A stretch of DNA of 64,000 nt from Hydrolagus colliei (lineage: Eukaryota). The position numbers were made by a program, and so were the translations under genes. Below are positions 48,996 to 60,815 of this stretch, in pieces (position 1 is the stretch's first letter; every line of letters begins with the position of its first letter). Below the pieces are notes generated by a model, which saw only the letters and a program-made list of their open reading frames with translations, did not search any database and was not told the DNA's origin. The stretch covers positions 9,424,001 through 9,488,000 of the forward strand of contig CM068748.1 in the NCBI GenBank assembly GCA_035084275.1, in the 5' to 3' direction.

Positions 48996-51529
48996 AACAA
49001 GACACATTACCTTGTACTTTTACATGGATGTGTGTATGCAACTTTATGTAACATAAAGGGGGGAAAGACACTTTTGTAGCTGCACTTTTATGAATAACTG
49101 AATTACCCACAAAATGAATACAGTACAGCAGTCGCCATTTTGAATTGAAACACTGAATATTTGGTATTAATGTTTGTGATATTTCTGTGTTTTCATGGTT
49201 CAATCCCATTTTAGACAGTGGGACTGCACCATTCCCTTATTAACTGGATGGGCAGTTTAGTCTTGCAACAAATCTTGCATGGCAAATACCACTCTGTGAT
49301 TTGTTCAACTGCAAATGTGCTCTGCGGGGTAGAACTGCTCCTGTTTCTTTTCATTGTCCTGAGGTGAAACACTTCCCCAACATAAATGCCTGGTTGAGAC
49401 CTTGTCAGACTCACTGATTGAGGGAATCAGGCTTGAAGGGTTACCTGAATGATTGCTCAGCATTGTATTGCCGTAGCTCCCTGACCATCTGTTAATATTC
49501 ATGTAGTGTTTAGTTGTTTTTTGCTGACATCACTTTGGACACTTCCAGAAATCCTAGGTACTGTCTCTGAAACCACTGGATGTCACCATTTCATAACCTG
49601 GAGGGTCCCAAGGTAACAATAGCTAAATTGAACACTGCTGGCAACAACACTAAAGGAATGAAATTTAAATTTATAGTCTACAGCAGGTTCATATTATCTT
49701 AAAATTCAAGTACATTTTGCCACCAGATATTTAAATCTTGGAAGAGTGCTACATTTTGGGGATATATGTGTAGAGTTGGAAATAAAAAGACCACAATTGT
49801 AATATAGCACCATATCAAAATGACATATTTTAGTGTGTTCCACAGGATATGCATGTTTCTCTTGTTGCCATTTATGTTGGAAAGAGAAGATAATATATAT
49901 GTATGGAAGAATGGAGAGATCCTACAGAAATTTAAAAAGCTCTGGAGGAAATTCTAGTTTTGTTAAATATAATGTACATTTTAGGAAAGGATAATTCTAT
50001 TGTGGATCCTTAAAAGCTAAGTCTGCTTTTCAAAGCACTAATGAAAACCCTATCTACAGATATGATTTTTCCATTTGCTACTACTTTTTCAGATCAAAGA
50101 TGCTTTTTAAACAGTGTGGATGATTTTAAAGGTTTTGAGAAGATTGCAATGGTTATGTTTTTACAATCACTACTGAAAATTGGAAACTGAATTATATTGC
50201 TTTTCAACAAATCTTACATTTTATGTAATACATTCATTGTTGTACTAAAACCTTCATTTAATGGTTGTCATATTCATAAAACATTGCCTGTTTAATAATT
50301 GGACTCATAATAATTGATATTTTAACAGTTGATATACTCATTGGGAAATATTATTTTTCCATATTACTTAATATGCCACTTGTATAATTTACAACGATTA
50401 TAAGGATTATCATTCAACTTAATAAGTGTCTTTCTCTCCTAAAACGTGAAAGTGTGTTATGCCGAATTGTCACTTTAATAACATAGAATAACTTTACCAG
50501 GCCTTTATCAAACTTAATTAGTGACTTATCTTGGCAAAATCCTCAGAATTTGTTTCTGAAATGAATATACAATATTAGAAACTGTCTATCAATCTCACAA
50601 TGCACAATATTTGTAGCTACTCCATCATAAGCATCTTATTAAGGGAATTTTGTTCTGAAAATGAAACCTTTACATGGAACTGAGAACACATATTTGTCAC
50701 CTTAATAATTTAAGTCATTTTCTCTCAGATTCTAGCGAGTCTTCAACTTTAAACCCACCAGTAAATGCTTGTATTTGCAACAATTTTTTTCAATTCTTTT
50801 TACATATGTCTCTGTGCTACAGTCTGTAATATCAATAGCTGTCTTCATTTGTGAAGCTAAACTTGATTCAGTGTCTTGTACTGAATAAACTTCATATTTC
50901 ACAGATGAAGAAGCTTTCCTATCTGTCCTTTGTTCTTCTCATCACATTTGGATTATGTTGTGAGTGATTTTCCAAAATGTCAGTGTTCATTTGGCAAAGG
51001 AGGGAAGATAAATTTATAACTTTTCCAGTTGACATACCAAAGCTGATATTTTTGGACCAATAAAAAATAATTACGTTGTATTGAACACCAATGCCAACAT
51101 TTAATGCAAAGTCTTACTCTTGTAGCGAGATGCAATTACATGGTCATTTCAGCTTTTATGAAATTAGCGTAAAATTTAGATCTGCCTAGATTATCTTTAA
51201 ATATTTACCAATATAATATGTTGAATTTTATTCAATTCTAAAATATAAACAGAAAAAATTACAAGCCAATTTATCTCCCACACACTGATTTATCCAAGAA
51301 TCATTGGCCAACATTATTGCTTGGACAGGTGCTAACACTGAAAAATTTGCAACGTGTTTACCTTTTATCAAAACACATACTTTCCACTCCTGCAATTCCT
51401 GCCAATATAAATGATAGGTCAATTTCAGATTATTGCCCAATAATTGGCAATAAATAATTATTTGGCCTCACTCCAATATAACAAGAAGAGTTTATGTAAC
51501 AGCCTTCATGTTTTGGAATGCTTTCAGAC

Positions 51530-51810
51530 AGTGCTGGGCATTGATCAGGAGAATGGGAAGAGGGAAGAGAGATGCTTTTGGGTGGCTTTTGCAAACAGTA
51601 GAGAAGAGGAGCAGATGGAGTGATCGAGAGTGGGAGACCCAGAGGGTGGGCAATTTGACTGAAGGCTCAGCATCTAATTGTAGGGTAGGCTCAGAGAGGG
51701 CAGAGACCAGCAGTGTTGTTGAGATACAGAAAATTAGTAAGGGACTGGATACGAGGGAGGAAAAAAAATGCCACCCCTTAGAAAGACAGCTTAAGGTGAT
51801 TTTATAATGA
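51530..51810 (-). mobile_element. Probable L2 remnant
   Basis: Purine-rich block with ggagacccagagggtgggc...actgaaggctc...gattttataatgaa, typical of the antisense L2 3' region. Confidence 0.45.
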
Positions 51811-54800
51811 AATTGTTACTGTAAATAAAAGAATGTAGGTGGTAAACCACAGAATGAGAACAAATCAATCTTGTCCGAGCAAAGAACCACAGAACCGTTC
51901 ATGTGGCAGAGGACAAAGAAGGGTTAGAAGGAGCAGTAGAGGATTTGGTCTGAGTTGAGGATTAACAACAAGCTGATAAATTACAGAAAGATCTAAAGAT
52001 ATGATATGAGCATCAATTCAGATGCTTAGTTTCTGCTGTTTAGTTGTAATGTAATGGACAAAGTGGTATCTCAAAGATTGAATTAGTAATTGATACAAGT
52101 ACAGTAGTGTGTTACAGATTCCTATGTACATTAATCAGGGACATTGGGGTTAGTTGAGTGTATTTTTAAACATTTCCTGAATTGATTTATACTAACAACT
52201 CTTGTTTGTCCTGTTATGTCAGGCAATGGAGGGCTATTTTACACCAAACCATATTAGCATTTTCCTCTGAGGTGGAGCTTCCTCAGTTTAGCTCAGTCAT
52301 AAGTCGAATACTTTTTTCAGTAGTCACCAATGTTGGGAGAAGATGAAGATGCTTTCCCTCAACTGCACTGACATAATTGAGGCAAAGAGCAAGAACAAAC
52401 TCCACTCTGTGGCACAAAGTGTCCTGAAATGTCTATTCAAAAACGCTAAACATTTGTGAGAAAGAATCCAACAAGATCCATTATGTTTTGATGCACTGAA
52501 CACATAAATCTGCTTAGGAAGCTCTTGATTGATTTGAAACAAGCACAGTTAGCCCTGCAGATTGGATTGGACCAGTTCCGCTGAGAAACACAGAATGGCT
52601 TTGCTAAACTGAGCGGACAGGTGTCCAATCTGAGTGATCATGTTGCCATATGCTTGAACATGTTGACGAAACACCAGACAACCTCTGTTCGGTTTACATT
52701 TAATAATGCTATGGTCTTGCAGTCCTCACTGTGTTCTTGACGGATCTTCTGTTGCTGGTGGGTAAAATATTTTGGGTTATACAGTACTGCTGTTCAGCAG
52801 TTGCTGCCTTGGTGCTGACAAGCAGAATAACAAAAGAGTTCAGATGAAGAAGAGCCTCATGTGCAGACATAGACAAGACTATTGGCAGTATCCTGGTACA
52901 GTATTCTTATCACTATGCATTAGGTACAGAATACTGTACTCACTTTACCTCAGACTCCAAGCATTTTCCTCCAAAAGAATGGAGCTTCTCTTGAAGCCAC
53001 TTTTGCCTGCAGGGATACTGACTGGTATTGTATCAAAAATCCCTAAACCATATTTATATCTAAACAATAAAAAGATATTTAAGAAGATTGTGTATCTGCG
53101 GGTTGTTTTGTTCTGAAAGCAGTATGAACTTTGATGGGCTAAAAGAGTAACCAAAGGCTCTCCTTTGGTGGTGTAACTTTCATCAGTGAGTTTCTCCATT
53201 TGAATGAGGTGATGATATAAATCAGAACACAATTTTGCTGAGATACGCCCCTCATTAAGTCATTCAGTGGAGAAAATATGTGGTTAGATCAAAGCACTAG
53301 CTCCAGAGACTAGTCAGGAGGGGATATTCAGCTCCACACCTGATATTTGCTTTGCATCAGTGCATACTGTGTTTTGCACCATTGCACAAAGACAAAAATA
53401 TGTAGCCCGCTGTTTTTAATTTGATCAAGAACATCTATTTTATCCCCAAAATGTGTTTCTAAATAGGATTTGGTGTTCCGTTGTACTCTGTGATATGTAA
53501 TACTGCTGCAAAATAGTTTTTTTTCTGTTCCAAACGAAAAGATTAGTAGTCTTGAAAGGCTGCTAGTGATTATTGGAAATATGCCACACAGATTTCGTAC
53601 TTGATTAACATTTGTTGGTTGTTAGAAAACCCCACATACTTGTAGGATAGAAAAAGGTTAACGTACAAATGCATTATAATCCACCCTGATTGCAATAGTC
53701 CAGAAGAGGTTATTTTATTTGTTGCCCATTAGATTACTTTATGTTTGAGTCAATATAATTTAAACACATTTACCAGTGCAAAAAGCAGCAAACATTTACC
53801 AGTGATATGATGTGTGTGTGGTGTTGCTGTGTTTAAGCGGGAAATAATTAGCGATATATCTGTAATATAAATCAGTGTTGAGCATCTCACATTGGATCTG
53901 AATTTCACTTCCGGGACTACCTTGAGGATATGGTTTGGCAATACATTGATGAGTACCACCACATTATAGATTTAGTAATTCTGTTCGAGCTCTGCACCCA
54001 AAGTTCTTGGACTTCTTATTATATGTGTTTACATTTCAATGTTGTTACTCAAAATCTATGGATGTGTCTGGGACCACAGGCTACTGATAATTCATAGGTT
54101 CATTCTTGTTTTGGATAATTTCAATCCAAGGTTTTATTATGTTTTATATTGAGAGAACATCAAATTTAGCAAGGATTACATTGTTACGCACCCTGTACGC
54201 GGTGCATCAACATTTACACAAGCAGTAAAGCACCATGGTGCTCTTTTTAACACATTTTTGCTGAAATCAATTGCAGTATTAATTCCCTTTTATTTGAAAT
54301 TTTAGAATGTAAGATTCAATACCTAAGCTAATTATTTAATTTTGAAATTTGTCTTAAACAAACTGATTTTTTTTAAAAAAAAGCAGCTTGCCAGAACTGT
54401 TTTATTTGTTTCCAGTATTTATGACTAAATTTATACAGAATAAGTCCAAGTGATATATTGCAGCTGTACAAGACATAAATCATTAGAGATGGCTGACTTA
54501 CACAAACTACTAGATTGCAACAAGGGAATTTGTGGCACATATAAAAGGAGTCAGATTTTAGCTAAGTATTTGCAAGTAAAGCAAAATGTTTCTTAAAAAA
54601 AACTTTACACATGTCATATATTGTATAAATAATATATTCCACTAATTAGGTATCTATCCTACAATGCCTTATGGTAGGTGTTGCTGGTGTGATCAGTGTC
54701 AAGTCCTGTTCAGTAGAAAGGTTTTCAACACAATATGCACCTTGAATTCAAGGCAAATGAGGCTTTTCACTCATGGAAAGCAAAGTAAGTAAACAAAAGA

Positions 54801-55726
54801 CATGATATGTTTGGTTACACCTTGTAATAATTTACAATTTGAATAAAACTCATTCACAAATGTTTTCAGAATAGGATTTTTCACCAGTATCACTACCTTT
54901 CCAAAGCTTCAACCAAATGACTTTCATGGTTGGGCTTTGACAGTGAGTCTCAGCAAATTATGTGAGTGAGAATGGGGATAGAGCACAATCAAGCTTTGCT
55001 TCCAAAAGAAAATTGTTCAAACCTCTTTGGCCTTTGGTGGGGGTGAATGGGTTGACTCCTCTCTAGATAGGGATAGTTTGGTTATGACACTAAAATAAGG
55101 TATACTTTAGTATCAAGTGTAATAGTTACACTTTTTTCAATTACTGTACATAAATTTATTTTCTATAAATTGCACATCGTTACATTATTTCTGCATACAT
55201 CACTGCATCTAAATAAAGCCAAACAGCTTGAAGCTCAGTTCTTAACTGCTCTTCATCAAAATTGTTGATGTTGCAGAATAGTAGTATGTATGCTGCATAT
55301 GAAAATAGGTGGATAGGATGGGTGGGATATAAAAACAACAGAGGCTGATGTAAGGGCTCAACTGTAATTATAGTATGAATAATATAATGTAAGTTAGAAT
55401 ATGATTAAGGGTTATGTAGTAACTTGGTTTTAATAATGCAAAAAATAATTTCTGAGTTTCTTGAATGCAAAAGCACTATAAATTTTGTCTGTGGATACTT
55501 ATTGCTATCCAAACAAATAGACATTAGCCAATAACAAATGTAATTCAGTATTTCAAATGTCGCTTTCAGAAATAGTGAATGTGCTCTCCAACAGTCTGCT
55601 GGTGGAAGGAATATATGAGTGTAATTGTGGGTGTATGAATTAAATCTTAAAATGCAAGAACAGAATGTTTGTTTTTCACTGGCTGCATAAATGTATCCAC
55701 TGTCTGAATTCTCAGTTGCAATTACG

Positions 55727-55954
55727 ATAATCATAATCCTTGCACTTGATATAGCGCTTCTCATGTTTTCTAGACGTCTTGAAGCGCTTCACAGAATATA
55801 CTGTGAAGTGAATTGACTGTACATTTGTGGGCAAAACACAGCAGCCAATTGTGCACAGCAGTGTCCCCACAAACAGTTGTGGATTGAAATAACCAATTTT
55901 TTTTGAGGGATTATTATTAGGCATGTGGAGTAAGGAAACTTGCCCAAGGTTTTG
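55727..55954 (-). mobile_element. 5'-truncated SINE family A
   Basis: Tail through ggcatgtggagtaaggaaacttgcccaagg; near-identical to the 43790 copy. Confidence 0.9.
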
Positions 55955-57784
55955 TACACAATATAGGTACATGGATAAATATAATAGCTGTAGTGGAAAT
56001 CAGATACAGTTGGGCTCTACATCCATTTTTAAGGTGATCACATACAGGGGTGTAAAATTGCTCCATGCGAGAAAATGGCCAGCCCAAAATGGAATATTCC
56101 AAGGTACTGCACAAATCTTAAATTTACATTTTCGGGTGAATTGATGGAGTCACTTGCCTTAAACAGCTCAGTTATTTAACTGATCATTTGCTAGCTACTT
56201 TAGTTGTGTTCAATTACTGCTTCCCTGCTGTTTAGGCCTTGGAATGCCTTATTCCCATCAATTACAGTGGGTATAGCTGTTGTCCCCCAGATGAAACATT
56301 TGTGATTTTGCATTTGTAGGTTTTAGTTTTCAGTACAACTGGTTTATGTTAGCACTTCACTTCATTTCAATATTTGGAAATTTGCTCATGTCCTCCAATA
56401 AACTGAACAAATACTGTAAGAATGTAAGGTTACATTTTGTAAAAAAAAAGTGTTGATAAATTCCAATTTAATGGTATCAAACATAGCAATGTCATAGGAA
56501 CAACCTTAGTTTTAAATAAAAAATAAAAAAATGTTTCAAATATAAACGCTTTATATTTCCCTTCATAATAACTTTATTTTCTTTCCTAATGTGTTTTCTC
56601 CCGAAGACCTTTTTGATATTGACATGAAGCAGAGCTGATACCTTTTGTTATTGGCCATTCTTAATGTACAAGACACGAGAGGGGATTTAAGATTATTTAA
56701 GATCTAATGAAAGTAATTTCCATCAGGGGTTTCTGGATAATGACAAGGAAAGCAACCATTAGCAGGATTGTGCCATTGCTCTGCTAAGATATCGATCGAA
56801 CAGATTCAAAGGATCAAACCTGGAATATATGGTTTGGTACATTACTTGGTACATTTATCCAATGGACACAATCTTTCATTTTTGAAATGGTTCAATAACA
56901 TTGTTCACAAAACAATAGCAGAACCTTATTTGAGGTTGTATTACATGCTCTACTATATTACCCAGCTGAGATTTTGCCATCCTGATGTGATTGTATGAAA
57001 ATATATTAAATTAAGGAAGATCATTAATTCGATTTTGTCATATTAAACATTCTTGGGTAATTCAGATTATGCATTGTATCAAATCAATTACTGTAGTTAG
57101 TTCAATACAAATGATCTATGTTTCTAGTAAATATATTGTTCATGTTTAGCCCATCATAACAAGTAATGCAGATAAATTATTGTGTACCTGTCAGAACTTT
57201 TGAATGTGGTATCCATGAAGCCGAGTTAGTACATGATAATATGAGTCCATTAGCCATTATATTGTCATGTCCTGTTTAGCTTGCCATCGGCTAAGTTAGT
57301 TCCAACTTTAGCAAAGTGCTTTCTAAAATTGTATTTCAATGATTGTTTGTTATGCATTAATTATATATATGCTATGCTTGAATGCTCTTTCAAATAAATA
57401 TTTAAATGGATAATGAGTAAGTTTGCATCTTATAATAAACTTCATAATGGGGCTTATTGTATCTCTATGTAAATTTTTAATGCATTGTGTTTTAAGCGAT
57501 TCATATTATTGAGCCTTCAAGGTTATTTGTTATATTATGTCATAATGGACTGCAATATTTTCCTTGCTAGTACTCTGTCTAATGTTCAGTGCTATAGACA
57601 ATGGAAACAGATCTTTAATATTACGGATGATGCATTAAGTTTTCCAGTGGCTTGAAATCTATTAATTTTAAAAAGGATTGGGTGTCGCTGATGGTTTATA
57701 TTGTCTGGCAACAGTCTATTTTCTTTCATAAATAATTGTAGCAACATTCTCAGTCAAAAATGTCATGTCTGTTTTCCTTTGTAG

Positions 57785-58024
57785 GTGGAGATGATGATGA
57801 TGACGATGATATAAAAGTTATTATCCTCAGTTACCCACAGTACTGTCGCTATCAATCTATGCTTAAAAGGATTCAGGACAGATCATCTTCCTGGCTAGTG
57901 GACGAATTTGTGATGGCTTTGGGCGGCATTGCAATATTAAATGAAAGTACCCGAATTCTGTACTGCCGTGACACATTTGATCATCCAGCTTTAATAGAAA
58001 ATGAGAGCATTTGTGATGAATTTG
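57785..58024 (+). CDS. ARID5B: ARID5B coding exon 4
   Basis: ttttcctttgtag|GT...TTT G|gtaagt; 240 nt, phase 1/1. Translates GGDDDDDDDIKVIILSYPQYCRYQSMLKRIQ...LGGIA...ILYCRDTFDHPALIENESICDEF. Confidence 0.97.
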
Positions 58025-58599
58025 GTAAGTACTTTATTTATATTGGAAGACAGAAACTAGAATTTAGAATTGAGGAAGTTAAAACTGTTTTAGGATATTT
58101 AACTAAAGTATTGCAGAATTGTTTAAGAACACTGTCTGAAATATATATTCTGATGCAAGAACTGGTATCATTTTCACATTACTAAGTGAAATCAAATCTA
58201 AAGGAAACATTATCTCTTATCTTATTTTGGCAATCTCCTGGATCATCGTGCCATATTGTTGAGAAATGAAACCTTCACATATTTAGCTTTAAAATAAGCA
58301 GTGATTTATGCTATTATGTTATGTACTATTTGGAAGAGTTTTCGGGAAGGAAGCGAATGAATTAAAATAATTTTTAGGTATTTTCATACAACTGAATTCA
58401 AGTAGCTGATTGAAAAGCAACAAGGTCATTCCTTGGTCTCAAAAGGCTACAAAGTGACTGTACCATAGGGGCAAACAAATCTAAACATTTGTGATGAAGG
58501 GTGCGGGTTGGATGTCTCTGAAAATGTCTTTCCCTGAGGCAAATGACATTAGACCAAAACAAACAGACAGCCCAGTAACCCCTAATACAGTTAGAACCT

Positions 58600-58632
58600 T
58601 GCAGTTCTTGTAATCCTACACAGGGGGCGCTG
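58600..58632 (+). promoter_or_regulatory. Candidate CTCF site with upstream motif
   Basis: TGCAGTTCT, a 5-nt spacer, then TCCTACACAGGGGGCGCTG. The 3' core is strong; the 5' CC positions mismatch. Confidence 0.5.
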
Positions 58633-60801
58633 TAAGTGAAAATAATTATAGCTGCAAATAAGTAATAGTGCTTTGAAAATACATGTCAATAACTATTGCT
58701 TACTGTAGCCATTAAACATTTATTGAACTATTTATGCTGTAAATGTTATGATATATATATATACACATCGAAGGTAAATGGTCTTTTCATGGGCTGATTG
58801 GATGGTGATTATAAGCGAACTGCCTTGGATTATAGGGTTTGTCTGATTCACTGGCAATACTGTATGAGCTAATATTCCTTGTGTTATATAAATTTTTTAA
58901 ATAATTGCAACCTTGTTGCAGGTGTGCCAATACTGATGTCATTGAGGTTGACTAAACTCACGCAATAGACAGTTAAAATTATATTTAAAAAACTGGACTA
59001 TCGAAACCAGAAAAGTGGTGTAACTTTGATAGCTATTAAAACGAGACAGGTTTCATTGTACATGTAAGGCAATTAAAAAAATTATTTTATGTAACAGTTA
59101 ACACTCAGCATTCCAGATTTTAGCCTTGAAGGCATTTGCTTTGTACTGTATATAAATTCAACTTTACAAAAGAGGGAGCTGAAGGAACTTATTTTTAAAA
59201 ATTCCAATTATCACGTTGAAGTGGAGTTTTAGTGAATTATTGCAATACTCATTTTCAGAGGTCAAAATTAGTGGATGTGATTTCTGTTCACATTCTTTAA
59301 ATTCTCTGTTTAACTTAGAAGTCCCTGCTGGGTAGGGCAATGAGTAAAGAAATATAAATATGTTACAGTGAATTATCACTTCCTTCTTCACATCACAGCC
59401 ATGTTTGTAAAATAATTCTGAACATTTGGACTGGATAAAAGTATTTCGTTTATGCTTTAATAGACATTCATAACTCAAAGTAAAAGGAGACATATGTACT
59501 AATTATCTTGCATATTCAGTGTGTTATCTTGTTTGTGGCATTGTTTGTTGATGATTTTGCTGAACAGGACTGTGTGCTAAATAGGATGAGTATGCATTTC
59601 ACTTTGGTTGAAGAAGGAAGTATATGGTCATGTATAATTTGGCGATTGCAAAATTCTATAGCTTCTATGTAACCTAAGTGGAGATGATATCAGCCTTGAG
59701 AAGGACTGTGTTGTAATCTGGATCAGGTATTTCTACTGCAAAATCACATTCTATTGGACGCCTGCCAGGTAAGTGAGTAGAACTGACAAAATGCAGTTGG
59801 CAGGGTTGGTTGTGTTTACTTTACTTGGAAGTATTAACCTTGAACTTTAGAATACTGGTATTTTCTTACTCCAGCTGCCATTATGTTATCAAATTACTTT
59901 AATTAGTTTCTTTACAGATTATTACCAATCACTGTAACTGTAAATTCAAACTAGTTTATTTCTTCCACATTACATTCATGTGCTTTGGGACTGAAAAGCA
60001 TGTCGGAAATTAAAAGCATTCACAAGCTGCTTTTCTGGGCAGACTGGATGGAAAAATACAGAAGGTGGTGACTCATTTGCACAGATAATAATATATTTAG
60101 GACATTATTGACTGTACAAACAACTGTTGAAAGCATTATTAATAGCAATTATTTGATAGTGTTCAACATGTGAATCTAATGTACAGTGAACAGTAATTTA
60201 GGTCTTATTGCATTACTCTGGAATATTCTGCACATGGAATTTCCCTATAATTTTCTGATAATTATTCTTTGTGAATAAAACTGCAGTAATTACTTCCATT
60301 TTGTTTTGTTACACTATTTTGAAACACTACTAAAAATAGCAAGAAACACAAGAACTTTGACAAAAAAAATTAATTTTCCCCTCATACAAAATTGCATACA
60401 CAGTATATATTAAATTAATAATAGCTGCCAGGCTATTATTGCCAGGTCCAATGCTATATCCTTATCTCAAGTTTCGATCAGTATTTATAAACTACCTGAG
60501 TTTCGTCCTTGCAGTTTATGATGTAATTTGAGCCTCTCGATTGGATTACTGCCTGTGACTCATTCCGAAGCATTCATTAGTTATACATTATGCCAAGAAC
60601 ATTTTGCTTCTTTTTTTTGAATTGTAATTTTTTTGTTCATGTTCTTGATGTCAAAATGTGATGCTGGGCACTTCAAGCCATGAAATCGTATTTCTGGATA
60701 AAAATCTAAATAACTCAAAACTGCTTTGTGATCAAGCATGCATGCTTGAAATGCACTGTGTTAAAGTTATATAGAGTGGAAAATGTGCTCCCTATTTTCT
60801 G

Positions 60802-60815
60802 GTTACCATGGCAAT
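60802..60815. promoter_or_regulatory. Candidate RFX X-box
   Basis: GTTACCATGGCAAT, a 13/14 match to GTTRCCATGGYAAC. Confidence 0.45.

Noticed and set aside
57760-58185. 141-aa ORF as a standalone gene (likewise 36461-36835 and 28379-28582)
   Set aside because: These are ARID5B exons read through into flanking intron; homology stops exactly at the splice sites.
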